The translations under genes and the position numbers were made by a program. From Spongiibacteraceae bacterium (lineage in GTDB: Bacteria > Pseudomonadota > Gammaproteobacteria > Pseudomonadales > CAMLJR01): a stretch of 49,021 nt of DNA. The stretch spans positions 1 to 49,021 of the forward strand of contig JAVEVZ010000001.1 in NCBI GenBank assembly GCA_034004805.1. Direction: 5' to 3'. The notes beneath the pieces were generated by a model. The model worked only from the letters and a program-made list of their open reading frames with translations, made no database searches and was not told where the DNA came from. Positions 39,679 to 48,986 of this stretch are shown here, one piece after another (position 1 is the first letter of the stretch; each line of letters opens with the position of its first letter).

Positions 39679-40152
39679 ATCCGTTCCGAGCGGGTACTGA
39701 TCCGCACTGATTCACGCCGCTCATCGAGCCATGTCCCTGCAGCGGCTCAACCCTCTGCAGCGGCCCATTCTCCTCAGCAACCCTTTACAGCAGAGCGGCG
39801 CGCGATGCGTATCCGGGCCAGCAGGCGCTTCAGCAGCGTCGGGCCACCGGCTGGTGATGGGCTGCCGAGATTTCCGCGGCCGGCGTATACACAGACATCG
39901 CGAGCGATGCTGGCCAGTTGGTCCACACTGAGCCTGGAGGGTGACTGCTGCATATCAAAGACCCCTGCTTCTGGTTATCGGTATCGTGGATCCGCTCGAC
40001 CGCATAAGGCTGAACGAGCGCCCTGACCGGCAACTCAGCAATTGGCATTCCAGCTGTGCATAAAGTGTTTGGAATCATGGATCTATACAAAAGCATTGGC
40101 CCGCTTCCTGCCTTCCCTGTAAATTGCACCGACAGCATCTAAGGAGCCTGTC

Positions 40153-40470
40153 GTGGTTGAGTTGGCTGATCTTGCGGCGCTGCTGCTGATGGTGGCCGGG
40201 ATTCTGTATTGGTGGCGCGCCCAGGGTGTGCGCGAGCTGGCGGTGAATGCCGTGCGCGCCTATTGCCGGGCGGGGGAGGTCCAGTGGCTGGACGAGACCG
40301 TGGCGCTGCGCGGCTTCTGGTTGAAGCGCGATCCCCGGGGTCGCTTCTGTATCTGGCGGTCCTACAACTTCGAATTTACCGACACCGGGGAACAGCGCCA
40401 CCAGGGGCGAATCATTCTGCTGGGCCGTCAGGTCGAAGCGATACAACTGCGGCCCGATTGGCTGCATTGA
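40153..40470 (+). CDS. DUF3301-like small membrane protein
   Basis: N-terminal TM helix then WWRAQGVRELAVNAVRAYCRAGEVQWLDETVAL...WRSYNFEFTDTGEQRHQGRIILLG, matching my recollection of DUF3301. Confidence 0.65.
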   Translation: MVELADLAALLLMVAGILYWWRAQGVRELAVNAVRAYCRAGEVQWLDETVALRGFWLKRDPRGRFCIWRSYNFEFTDTGEQRHQGRIILLGRQVEAIQLRPDWLH

Positions 40471-40524
40471 TAACCGCTGTGCCGAGAGTGAGCGCACGGG
40501 CAAACACGGAACAGCGGGGAGTAG

Positions 40525-42849
40525 ATGATGCGAGGCTTGATCTGGGCACTGCTGGTGACGGTGCTGGTAGGTTGTGCGGCAATCGCGGGACGCCAGCTGG
40601 ATGCGCAGTTTGGCGCCGAAGACGTCCGGCTGCGCGCCACCAGCGCTGACTATCGCACGCATATCGCGCCCATCCTCGAGAGCCGTTGTGTCGTGTGCCA
40701 TGGCTGCTATGACGCGCCCTGCCAGCTCAAGCTGAGCAGCTTCGAAGGGCTGGAGCGGGGCGGACACAAGACCAAGGTCTACGATGGCACCCGCTTGCTG
40801 ACCGCCTCGCTGACCCGGCTGTACGTCGATGAGACCCGGGTTGAAGGCTGGCGTCAGCGGGGCTTCTTTCCGGTGTTGAACGAGCGCAGCGCAGCGGCCG
40901 ATCTGCATGGCAGTGTGCTGGCGCGCATGCTTGCGCTCAAACAGGCGCACCCGCTGCCCGACCAGGCGGTGTTGCCCGACAGCTTCGACTTTTCTCTGGA
41001 TCGCAACCAGCAATGCCCGCGCGTCGAAGAGTTCGACAGCTACGCCCGCGACTACCCCCTGTGGGGTATGCCCTACGGTCTGCCGGCGCTGAGCGATGCG
41101 GAGCACCGCCAGCTGGTGGACTGGTTGGCGAAAGGCGCGCCAGGGCCCAGGCCACTGGCGCTGTCGCCGGCAGAGCGCGCGGAACTGGCGCGCTGGGAGG
41201 AGTTCCTCAACCAGCCAGACAACAAGGCTCGGCTGATGAGCCGCTATATCTACGAACACCTGTTTCTGGGCGCCCTGTATTTCGCCAATCAGCGGGACGG
41301 CCGCTTTTATGAACTGGTGCGCTCGCGCACGCCGCCCGGTGAACCCATAGACCTGATTGCGAGCCGGCGTCCCTATGACGACCCCGGTGTCGAGGCGTTC
41401 TACTACCGCTTGCGGCCACGGCTCGAGAGCGTACTGGTCAAAACCCATATGCCCTATCTGCTGGATGACGCCCGCATGGCGCGCTGGCGGGAGTGGTTTC
41501 TGGAGGCGGATTACCAGATCACTGCACTGCCGGGTTATACGCCCCAGCTCGCCGCCAATCCCTTTGCGACCTTTGCGGAGCTGCCGGTGCGCAGTCGCTA
41601 CCGGTATATGCTCGACGAAGCGCAGTACACCATCATGGGGTTTATCAAGGGGCCCGTGTGTCGCGGCCAGGTTGCGCTCAATGTCATCAACGACCATTTC
41701 TGGGTCGTGTTCGTCGATCCCGACCGAGTGGATCAGGAGTATGACAAGGCCTTTCTGGCAGAGGCCAGCAAAGACCTGGGCCTGCCCGTGACGCGCCAGA
41801 GCAACGTCATGGCGCTGGCCGACTGGTTGGCCTACTCGCGGGAGGAAAAGGCCTGGCAAATGCGCAAGGGAGAGCATTTGCGGCAGCGCTTCGCCGATTC
41901 CCGCGGGCCTGCGCTCGATATCGTCTGGAGCGGCGATGGCGTGAACACCAATGCAGCGCTGACAGTGTTCCGCCACTTTGACAGTGCTACGGTGGTCAGG
42001 GGCCTGGTGGGAGACACGCCACAGACGACCTGGCTGGTGAGTTACTCCCTGCTGGAACGCATCCATTACCTGCTGGTGGCCGGGTTTGATGTCTACGGCA
42101 ATGTCGGGCATCAGCTGGTAACGAGACTCTATATGGACTTCCTGCGCATGGAGGGCGAACAGAATTTTCTGGCGCTGCTGCCGGATAGCGCCCGCGAAGA
42201 GGCGCTCGCGCACTGGTATCGGGAGGCGCCTGAGGAAGCGCAGCAGTTTGTCGGTGGAAAATGGTTTGGCGAGTTGATGCCGTCGCAGGTCGTCTACCAC
42301 AGTGAACAACCGCTGCCCGAGCTTCGTGGCCTGCTTAAACAGCGCCTGGACGGCGTGTTGGACAGGCGCCATAGCCTGCGTGCCAACCTCGCACCGGCTG
42401 CGGTGAGTGCCGCTCTGCGGGAACTGGAGTTGCTGCCCTGGCAGGCTGTTGCGTTGCTGCCACAGACCAGTGTGCTGCTGGTCGATGAGGGTTCCCGGCG
42501 CCATGTGTACACACTGGTGCACAACAATGCACACCTGAATGTCTCGTCGCTGTTCGACGAAAGCAAGCGACGGGTGCCGAAGGAAGATACCGTCACCGTG
42601 GTCAGTGGCGTGCTGGGCGCCTACCCCAACCAGTTGCTGAGAGTTAACGCCGGGCAGATGCAGGCGTTTTCGCAGACGGTGGCGGCGATGACCACAGAGG
42701 CTGACTACGCGGCGATGCTGAGCCGTTACGGTGTGCGGCGCAGTGATCCCGACTTCTGGGCGCACAGCGATGAACTGCACCGGCTGTACCGCGCACAAGG
42801 CGGCGTGGAGGCCGGCTGGTTGGATTTCAATCGCCTGGACAACCGCTGA
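40525..42849 (+). CDS. cti: fatty acid cis/trans isomerase (periplasmic c-type haem protein)
   Basis: 774 aa with a lipoprotein-like signal (LLVTVLVGCAA) and a CVVCH haem-binding motif within ILESRCVVCHGCYDAPCQLKLSSFEGLERG, as in Pseudomonas/Vibrio Cti. Length matches. Confidence 0.88.
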   Translation: MMRGLIWALLVTVLVGCAAIAGRQLDAQFGAEDVRLRATSADYRTHIAPILESRCVVCHGCYDAPCQLKLSSFEGLERGGHKTKVYDGTRLLTASLTRLYVDETRVEGWRQRGFFPVLNERSAAADLHGSVLARMLALKQAHPLPDQAVLPDSFDFSLDRNQQCPRVEEFDSYARDYPLWGMPYGLPALSDAEHRQLVDWLAKGAPGPRPLALSPAERAELARWEEFLNQPDNKARLMSRYIYEHLFLGALYFANQRDGRFYELVRSRTPPGEPIDLIASRRPYDDPGVEAFYYRLRPRLESVLVKTHMPYLLDDARMARWREWFLEADYQITALPGYTPQLAANPFATFAELPVRSRYRYMLDEAQYTIMGFIKGPVCRGQVALNVINDHFWVVFVDPDRVDQEYDKAFLAEASKDLGLPVTRQSNVMALADWLAYSREEKAWQMRKGEHLRQRFADSRGPALDIVWSGDGVNTNAALTVFRHFDSATVVRGLVGDTPQTTWLVSYSLLERIHYLLVAGFDVYGNVGHQLVTRLYMDFLRMEGEQNFLALLPDSAREEALAHWYREAPEEAQQFVGGKWFGELMPSQVVYHSEQPLPELRGLLKQRLDGVLDRRHSLRANLAPAAVSAALRELELLPWQAVALLPQTSVLLVDEGSRRHVYTLVHNNAHLNVSSLFDESKRRVPKEDTVTVVSGVLGAYPNQLLRVNAGQMQAFSQTVAAMTTEADYAAMLSRYGVRRSDPDFWAHSDELHRLYRAQGGVEAGWLDFNRLDNR

Positions 42850-43145
42850 GGCGCTGGTTAGCTGGCTTCAGCTGTGGTAGAACGTGACGCTTGATCAGAT
42901 ACTGCGCTGCATGAAAATCGCAGGCGAAGTCGGTCGTGTGTCGTTGCTGGCAGTGTGTCACCGGGTGCGCCAGCTGCCCTGTTGCAGGCCCTGTCTGCTG
43001 CAATTGTTGATGGAAGCGCGCTGTCTATCGGGCGGTGCGCACCGCACCTGCGAGCCCCGCAGTGGGAGCCCAACAACGTAGGCAGTGCCGATCACAGGAC
43101 CACAGACAGTCCTACCTGCAATGCAAATCAAAAGGAGAACGGTGA

Positions 43146-43613
43146 ATGAAAATTGATATCGGTATTTCGGAACAGGACCGCTCGGCGATCGCTGATGGGA
43201 TGGGGCGTCTGCTCGCGGACAGCTATACGCTTTATCTCAAAACGCATAATTTTCATTGGAATGTCACGGGTCCGATGTTTCAAACCCTGCACCTGATGTT
43301 TGAGACCCAGTACACCGAGCTGGCCCAGGCCGTGGATGAGATCGCCGAGCGCATACGCGCACTGGGCTTTCCGGCGCCAGGTACCTACAGCGATTATGCG
43401 AAGCTGACGTCGATCAAGGAAACTGCGGGGGTTCCCGAAGCGAAGGAAATGATCAGGCTACTGGTCGAAGGACATGAAGCGGTAGTAAGAACCGCGCGCT
43501 CGCTTTACCCGGCACTGGAAAAGGCCAGTGATGAGGCAACCAGCGATCTGGTCACCCAGCGCATCCAGTTGCACGAAAAGACGGCGTGGATGCTGCGCAG
43601 CCTGCTGGCCTGA
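43146..43613 (+). CDS. dps: Dps DNA-protection/ferritin-like protein
   Basis: [37 protein letters not shown] and [13 protein letters not shown] are Dps ferroxidase-site motifs. AAGGAGAA SD. Confidence 0.95.
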   Translation: MKIDIGISEQDRSAIADGMGRLLADSYTLYLKTHNFHWNVTGPMFQTLHLMFETQYTELAQAVDEIAERIRALGFPAPGTYSDYAKLTSIKETAGVPEAKEMIRLLVEGHEAVVRTARSLYPALEKASDEATSDLVTQRIQLHEKTAWMLRSLLA

Positions 43614-43620
43614 AAAAAAA

Positions 43621-43650
43621 GCCCGCCGCCGTGTTTATGCGGCGGCGGGC
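43621..43650. terminator. strong hairpin terminator; the U-tract is on the minus-strand side
   Basis: 11-bp stem GCCCGCCGCCG / CGGCGGCGGGC, preceded on the plus strand by A9, which is T9 following the hairpin on the minus strand. It is therefore a canonical terminator for the minus-strand hsaA transcript and only a U-less hairpin for dps. Confidence 0.75.
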
Positions 43651-43811
43651 TGACTGCCCTGGAAGTCAGTCCAACCTACTCCCTCGAGTACTAACCCAAT
43701 CGCTTACCTATTCACACACCTAATCACTAGCCAAGGCATTGAGCCGATACTGACCATGGGTCCGATCGTTCCCAACATCGCCCGTTCCCGGGCGATGTTG
43801 CCCGCTGTCGC

Positions 43812-45029
43812 TTACAGGAAGTAATCCTGATTCTCAAAACCGAACTCTGCAGCGCCCAGGTTGCGGCCTAACTTGAAGGCGTTGTTAGCGACATGGGTGC
43901 GGCCCACATTCATATCCAGCCAGTAGCGGTTGATGGGGTGTTCGCGGAACGTGCCCTGTGCACCGCAGCTCAGAAACAGCTCGTTCATGGCATCGGTACA
44001 TTTCTTTGAAACCAGCGACGCATCGAAACGCATTTTGATGCGCTCGTTGATGGTCAATGGCTCGCCGCCGTTAACCGCCTCCATCATGCGGTCCATATTG
44101 CGGAACAGAATCGTGCGCGACTCGTCGATAGCGCTCTCCGCCAGCGCTACGGCATAGGTGGCCTGGGGATCCTGGGCTACGCGTGCACCGTCGTTGAGGC
44201 CGGTGCGGTTGCGGTTGACCACGATAAACGCATCCAGTGCGCCGCGCAGTGCGCCGATCGCCGAGGTCGAAACCGCGCGCGGGAATATCTGTCCGAAAGG
44301 CAGGCGGAAGATCGGGTTGGTGTTGACCGCGTTGCCGGGGTTGTCGCAATGAAAGCCGTCAAGCGAACGGTGCAGCCGATATGCGGGCACGAACGCATCG
44401 TCCACCACGATATCGTTGGAACCGGTACCTTCAAGGCCCGATACATTCCAGTTGTCGACCACGCGGTAGTCACTGCGGGGCACCAGGAAGGTGCAGTAGT
44501 CTGGCGCATCGCCGTCTTTCTCGGGCGGCACCATGGCGCCCAGGAAGGCCCACTGGCAGTGCTTGGAGCCGGAGGAAAAGCCCCACTTGCCCGACAGCCG
44601 GTAGCCGCCCTCGACGCGCTTTACCTTGCCCACGGGCATATAGGAGGACGAGATCAGCGTGCTGTCGTCGTCGCCCCATACGTCCTGTTGTGCGCGGTCG
44701 TCGAACAGACCCAGCTGCCAGTTGTGTATGGCGACCACCCCCAGCACCCAGGCGGTGGACATGCAGCCTTCGGCCAGGATCATCTGCACTTCGAAAAATA
44801 CCGAAGGTGGCATCTCCAGGCCGCCGTAGCGCGCCGGTTGCATGATCTTGAAAAATTTGGCCTGTTGCATCTCTGCGATGGTTGCCGCGGGCAGTTGGCC
44901 TAGTTTTGCAGTTTCCTTGGCGCGCTCACGCAGTGCGGGCACCATCGCCCGAGCCTGCTGATACAGTTGTTGTTCACTCGTCATGTCGTCGCTGAACTGG
45001 AGCTTGCGGAGTTGTTGTTGCGCATTCAT
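43812..45029 (-). CDS. hsaA: flavin-dependent monooxygenase, oxygenase subunit (HsaA/TesA2-like, acyl-CoA dehydrogenase fold)
   Basis: 405 aa from the ATG at 45029 (SD GAGAGGA). LPAATIAEMQQAKFFKIMQPARYGG, GCMSTAWVLGVVAIHNW and GKWGFSSGSKHCQW resemble HsaA. It is clustered with hsaC and kshA. Confidence 0.75.
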   Translation of the reverse strand: MNAQQQLRKLQFSDDMTSEQQLYQQARAMVPALRERAKETAKLGQLPAATIAEMQQAKFFKIMQPARYGGLEMPPSVFFEVQMILAEGCMSTAWVLGVVAIHNWQLGLFDDRAQQDVWGDDDSTLISSSYMPVGKVKRVEGGYRLSGKWGFSSGSKHCQWAFLGAMVPPEKDGDAPDYCTFLVPRSDYRVVDNWNVSGLEGTGSNDIVVDDAFVPAYRLHRSLDGFHCDNPGNAVNTNPIFRLPFGQIFPRAVSTSAIGALRGALDAFIVVNRNRTGLNDGARVAQDPQATYAVALAESAIDESRTILFRNMDRMMEAVNGGEPLTINERIKMRFDASLVSKKCTDAMNELFLSCGAQGTFREHPINRYWLDMNVGRTHVANNAFKLGRNLGAAEFGFENQDYFL

Positions 45030-45153
45030 CGTGTAGTCCTCTCGATGCAGACACTGCGCCGCAGTGCGTGAGAAAATCTTGGCGTATCGGGGCGCGGCTG
45101 CCATCACTTGAATAGGGTAAGCGTTGGTCAAACCGCGCGATATTTGATCTGGA

Positions 45154-46062
45154 TCATCCCTGGTTCCAGCGGTGACCCCATACCGACGGCACGGCGCTCT
45201 CGGTGGGGGTGTACTCGCTCCAGTCCAGTTGTACGCCGCCAAACCCGTATTCCAGCGCAAAGCCCGCGGGACTTTCCACGTAGATCGACACCATGCGGTC
45301 GTTGGTGTGACGGCCGAAGTCGGTAATGATCCGGACGTCGTGTTTGCGCACGCGATCCATCATAAAACCCAGCGTGTCCAGGTCTTCGACCTCAACCATC
45401 AGGTGCACCAGGTTGCCGGGGTGCGGGTTGTGATCCTGGAACAGTGCCAAAGAGTGGTGACGCGGATTGTTGCAATGCAGGAAGTGCAGACCCTGGCCGG
45501 GATCGTCCGGGTCCGGGCTGAACTGAAAGTGCATATAATCCACGGGACCAAAGCCCATGACGCCGGTAAAGAATGCGTAGCTGGCGGCCAGGTCCGGAGT
45601 TGCCACGGCGATATGGCCCAGGCCCATATTGCCGTGATAGCCGGTGACAAACCGCTTTACACCAGCCGGAGATACCAGCGGCGAATAATCCAGCTGCATG
45701 CCGTAATAGAGTTCGCACAGCAAACCGCCGGGCGCCGTGAATGCCACGAACTCGCGGACCCGACGCTGCGTGGCAGCTTCGGTATTGCCGCGCTCAAACG
45801 GAATGCCCGCCACGTCCAGTTCGGTCAGTGCCTGTTGAAACGCGTCGCGGCCGGGCAGTTCCCAGCCGGCCGTGACGAAGCGATCCTGCGCGCCGGGGAC
45901 AATCCGAAACCGGTACGGATACTCGTCCATTTTCAGATAGAGGTTGCCGTCCTCCGGCATCCCCGGCGCCCGCATCAGACCCAGCACCTGGCAGGCGAAG
46001 TGCTCCCAGCGCGCCAGGTCCGTGGATTCGATAGTGACATAGCCCAGCGCGCGTATATCCAT
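45154..46062 (-). CDS. hsaC: type I extradiol dioxygenase (HsaC/TesB-like, VOC superfamily)
   Basis: MDIRALGYVTIESTDLARWEHF, GLGHIAV, HFLHCNNPRHHSLAL and HTNDRMVSIYVESPAGFALEYG are typical of BphC/HsaC-type meta-cleavage enzymes. Confidence 0.8.
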   Translation of the reverse strand: MDIRALGYVTIESTDLARWEHFACQVLGLMRAPGMPEDGNLYLKMDEYPYRFRIVPGAQDRFVTAGWELPGRDAFQQALTELDVAGIPFERGNTEAATQRRVREFVAFTAPGGLLCELYYGMQLDYSPLVSPAGVKRFVTGYHGNMGLGHIAVATPDLAASYAFFTGVMGFGPVDYMHFQFSPDPDDPGQGLHFLHCNNPRHHSLALFQDHNPHPGNLVHLMVEVEDLDTLGFMMDRVRKHDVRIITDFGRHTNDRMVSIYVESPAGFALEYGFGGVQLDWSEYTPTESAVPSVWGHRWNQG

Positions 46063-46087
46063 GCTTGTGCTCCTCGCCGGTCCGGTG

Positions 46088-47197
46088 TCAGGCCGCGCTG
46101 ATGGAGCGCATGCGGTTCAGAGTTTCCTCCACCGTGGGGCCGTCCATCGCCACGTGTTCCTTGTGCATGGTCGAGCTCGGGTTCACCTCGGCCTTGTCGA
46201 CATAGAACTGGGCGTACCACTTGCGCACCATGTTGATGGGGCCGTCGCCGTCGCACAGGATCGGGTTGTCGATCAGCACCTTGTTGTCCCAGATTTCCAC
46301 GTCCTGCTGGAACGACTCGATGGTGAGCCTGGTGTAGGTCTCGACCATGGCCCGATTCTGCTCTTCGTTCAGGCTCGGGTTCTTGCGCATCATCACACCC
46401 AGGTTGATATGGAACTCGCCGGTGTTGACGGGCACGTGACTGACCAGCAGGTGGGTGGTCATGGGATGGCCGTCCATCATGCCGGTCATGGTGGTGGTCA
46501 TATACGCCGGACCTTCGTAGTGCGCCACGCTGGTCATGGGGCAGTCGCCCTCGGTGAGGATTTCATGCCCGCCCACCATGTACTGGGTAAAGGTGTGGCC
46601 GTCCTGCACGTTGCGGAACGAGCGCACGGTCGAGTAGTGCACCGGGCCGAAGTGCGCCATGTCCGACATATTGTCTACCAGCTCGCGGCAGTGGCTCTTG
46701 ATGGGCACCTGGGTCATCACCCAGTCGGTCCACTCGCCGGAGTAGTAGTCGTCCATGATCTTGGGCGCGACGCTCATATCGCCCTCGCTGCCTTCGGGGT
46801 CGTTCCACACCAGCAGCAGACCGTTGCGCTCAAGGGTCGGCCAGGACTTGATCACGGCGCGATCGGGGATGCGCTTGGCGTAAGGGATATGGTCGCAGGC
46901 GCCATCCTTGCCCCAGCTCCAGCCGTGGAACGGGCACACCAGGGAGTCGCCGTTGACATGGCCCTTGGAAAGGTCAGCGCCCATATGCGGGCAGTAGGCA
47001 TCCAGCACATGGATTTTGCCGTCGTCTTCGCCGCGGTAGACCGCGAGCCGCTTGCCGAAGTAGTTCATGGTCTGCGGCTTGCTGGTGAAGGTGTCGGCCT
47101 TGCCCAGGACATGCCAGCCGCGCGCATAGCGCTCGGGCCATACCTTCTGCTGGATGACATAGGGTTCGCGTTTGGCTGTGGCTGTGGCTGTGCTCAT
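46088..47197 (-). CDS. kshA: 3-ketosteroid 9-alpha-hydroxylase oxygenase subunit (Rieske)
   Basis: Rieske motif CPHMGADLSKGHVNGDSLVCPFHGW, the non-haem iron motif DNMSDMAHFGPVH and an N-terminus WPERYARGWHVLG like KshA. The ATG at 47197 is preceded by AGGAG. Confidence 0.82.
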   Translation of the reverse strand: MSTATATAKREPYVIQQKVWPERYARGWHVLGKADTFTSKPQTMNYFGKRLAVYRGEDDGKIHVLDAYCPHMGADLSKGHVNGDSLVCPFHGWSWGKDGACDHIPYAKRIPDRAVIKSWPTLERNGLLLVWNDPEGSEGDMSVAPKIMDDYYSGEWTDWVMTQVPIKSHCRELVDNMSDMAHFGPVHYSTVRSFRNVQDGHTFTQYMVGGHEILTEGDCPMTSVAHYEGPAYMTTTMTGMMDGHPMTTHLLVSHVPVNTGEFHINLGVMMRKNPSLNEEQNRAMVETYTRLTIESFQQDVEIWDNKVLIDNPILCDGDGPINMVRKWYAQFYVDKAEVNPSSTMHKEHVAMDGPTVEETLNRMRSISAA

Positions 47198-47506
47198 TGT
47201 CGATCTCCTGCGCGGTGTACCGCTGGCGGTTAACGTGGGTCCAGTATCGGAGCACGAACCCTGGTTGGTTATCGTCTGAACAGATGAGGTGGCGCGGTAT
47301 CGGGACGGAACTTGATACAGGTCAAACAATGGGCGCGGAAACCGTCTCAGCCAAGGTAATGGAGCGAGTCTGAGGGCGGGTGCGCCCGCTGGCAGGACGA
47401 CATGCCCTGCCGGCCGGCTCGGTGATCTCAGTCAGGGGGCAACAATACGCCGAGCCGGACACGGCGGTCTTGCGTCAAGCCGGCTTTGCGGTATGGACTG
47501 CAGGCC

Positions 47507-48970
47507 TCAGGGTCGCAGCCGCGCCTGTTTTGCAGCCTGCATGCCCGCTTGGCGACCGAAGAAGGTGACGTCGGCCACCGACATGCCACTGGCATAGCCG
47601 GCGGAGGTGCGGGGGATGCCTGCCACCGTGCGGCCGGCGGCGTACAGACCGGGCACGATGGTGCCGTCGGGGGTCAAGACTTCGCCGGTGGGCAGGGTTT
47701 CCAGGCCGCCCAGGGTGAACACCGGCGGGTGGATTTCGCTGAGTCTGTAGCTGATCAGTGCAAACGGGGCCTGTTCGAAGGGCTCCAGCCACTCCGGGCT
47801 CTTGTGGAACAGCGGGTCTTCGCCCCGTGCGGCGTGTTCGTTGTAGTAGGCCACCGTGTGAGTGAGGGAGCCCTCGGGGAGTCCGGCGTCGGCCTCGACT
47901 TCCGCCACGGTTTCGCCGACGGCGACGATCTCGGTTTGCAGGTAGGCGGGGCGTTCGAAGTGCCTGTTGTCGATAAACATATAGATCGCGCCGTCTTCCT
48001 GCTGAGTGGCGAAGTGGCCCAGTCGCCCCAGATAGATATCCTCGTTGATAAAGCGCTGCCCCTGTTTGTTGACGAAAATGCCATAGGTCAGCTGGGGCGG
48101 CGGGTAGTGGGCGACGCCGACAAAGGCCTGTTCCATGTTGAGGACATTGCCGCCGGCCGCCATGCCCATCAGGATGCCGTCGCCCTGGTCGCCGGGATTG
48201 CCGTGGCGGGTACAGATGGCGTCGAGATGCGGCAGGTATTTACGGGTCATGGTCTCGTTCATCACGAAGCCGCCGGCGGTGAGTATTACGCCCTGGCGCG
48301 CCAGCAGCGTTTGCATGCGCCCATCCCGTTTCGCGACGACGCCGCGGATACGGCCCTGGGCGTCCTGGATCAGCTGCAGGGCCCGGGTGTCGGCCAGAAT
48401 GGTGGCGCCCGCTTCCTCCACCCGCTGGAGCAGCGTGCCCATGAAGACCTGGCCGCCGTTGTGGTCGGCGTCTGCGGGCAGGTGCCCGCGCGGGATCGGT
48501 GTGGAGGCCTGGTTGAAGGGCCAGGCCCGCTCATTGCCGGTGTACTGCAGTGAGTCGCCGGTCATGGCAACCACATCCCGGCCGGCGAAGTACGCGCGCT
48601 TGTAGCGCACGCCGAGGGATTCGGCCCAGTCGAAATGTTCGGCGGCGCCGTGCACAAACATTTCCACCCGCGCCGGGTCGCTGTAGTCGCCGAAGCTGGC
48701 AAGCAGGTAGTTGCGGAAGTTGTCAGTGGAGTCTTCAAAGCCCAGGTCCCGTTGCAGGGCGGTGCCGCCGCTGCCGCCCAGGTACATCTCACAGGCCGAC
48801 ATCATGGTGGAGCCGCCGCCACCGCTGGCGCGCTCCAGCACGGTGACCGCCGAGCCGGCGCGCCGCGCCTCCAGTGCCGCGCTGGCACCGGCACCACCGA
48901 AGCCGACTACCAGTACATCGGTGGTGTGATCAACGCTGGCAATGGATTCGAACTGTACGAGACGCTGCAT
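47507..48970 (-). CDS. FAD-dependent 3-ketosteroid dehydrogenase family protein (KstD/TesI-like)
   Basis: FAD dinucleotide fold VLVVGFGGAGASAALEA, GGGSTMMS, C-terminal GLYAAGR. Its size (487 aa) and context next to kshA/hsaC/hsaA suggest a steroid ring-A dehydrogenase. I cannot separate delta-1 from delta-4(5alpha) specificity. Confidence 0.65.
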   Translation of the reverse strand: MQRLVQFESIASVDHTTDVLVVGFGGAGASAALEARRAGSAVTVLERASGGGGSTMMSACEMYLGGSGGTALQRDLGFEDSTDNFRNYLLASFGDYSDPARVEMFVHGAAEHFDWAESLGVRYKRAYFAGRDVVAMTGDSLQYTGNERAWPFNQASTPIPRGHLPADADHNGGQVFMGTLLQRVEEAGATILADTRALQLIQDAQGRIRGVVAKRDGRMQTLLARQGVILTAGGFVMNETMTRKYLPHLDAICTRHGNPGDQGDGILMGMAAGGNVLNMEQAFVGVAHYPPPQLTYGIFVNKQGQRFINEDIYLGRLGHFATQQEDGAIYMFIDNRHFERPAYLQTEIVAVGETVAEVEADAGLPEGSLTHTVAYYNEHAARGEDPLFHKSPEWLEPFEQAPFALISYRLSEIHPPVFTLGGLETLPTGEVLTPDGTIVPGLYAAGRTVAGIPRTSAGYASGMSVADVTFFGRQAGMQAAKQARLRP

Positions 48971-48986
48971 GGGAGATCTTCCGATT

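Noticed and set aside
40075-42798. 907-aa minus-strand ORF, the longest ORF in the window
   Set aside because: It is antisense to cti, which carries the CVVCH haem motif and Cti family sequence. The minus-frame product is Gln/Arg/His/Ala-rich with no domain signature.
43012-43036. GGAAG-N16-CGGT upstream of dps as a fifth ECF promoter
   Set aside because: It has two mismatches in the most conserved positions (the C of GGAAC and the T of CGT). It lies about 110 nt from the ATG, and I cannot distinguish it from chance.
45172-48553. Plus-strand ORFs 45172-46101, 46061-47233 and 47486-48553
   Set aside because: They are antisense shadows of hsaC, kshA and the KstD/TesI-like gene respectively.
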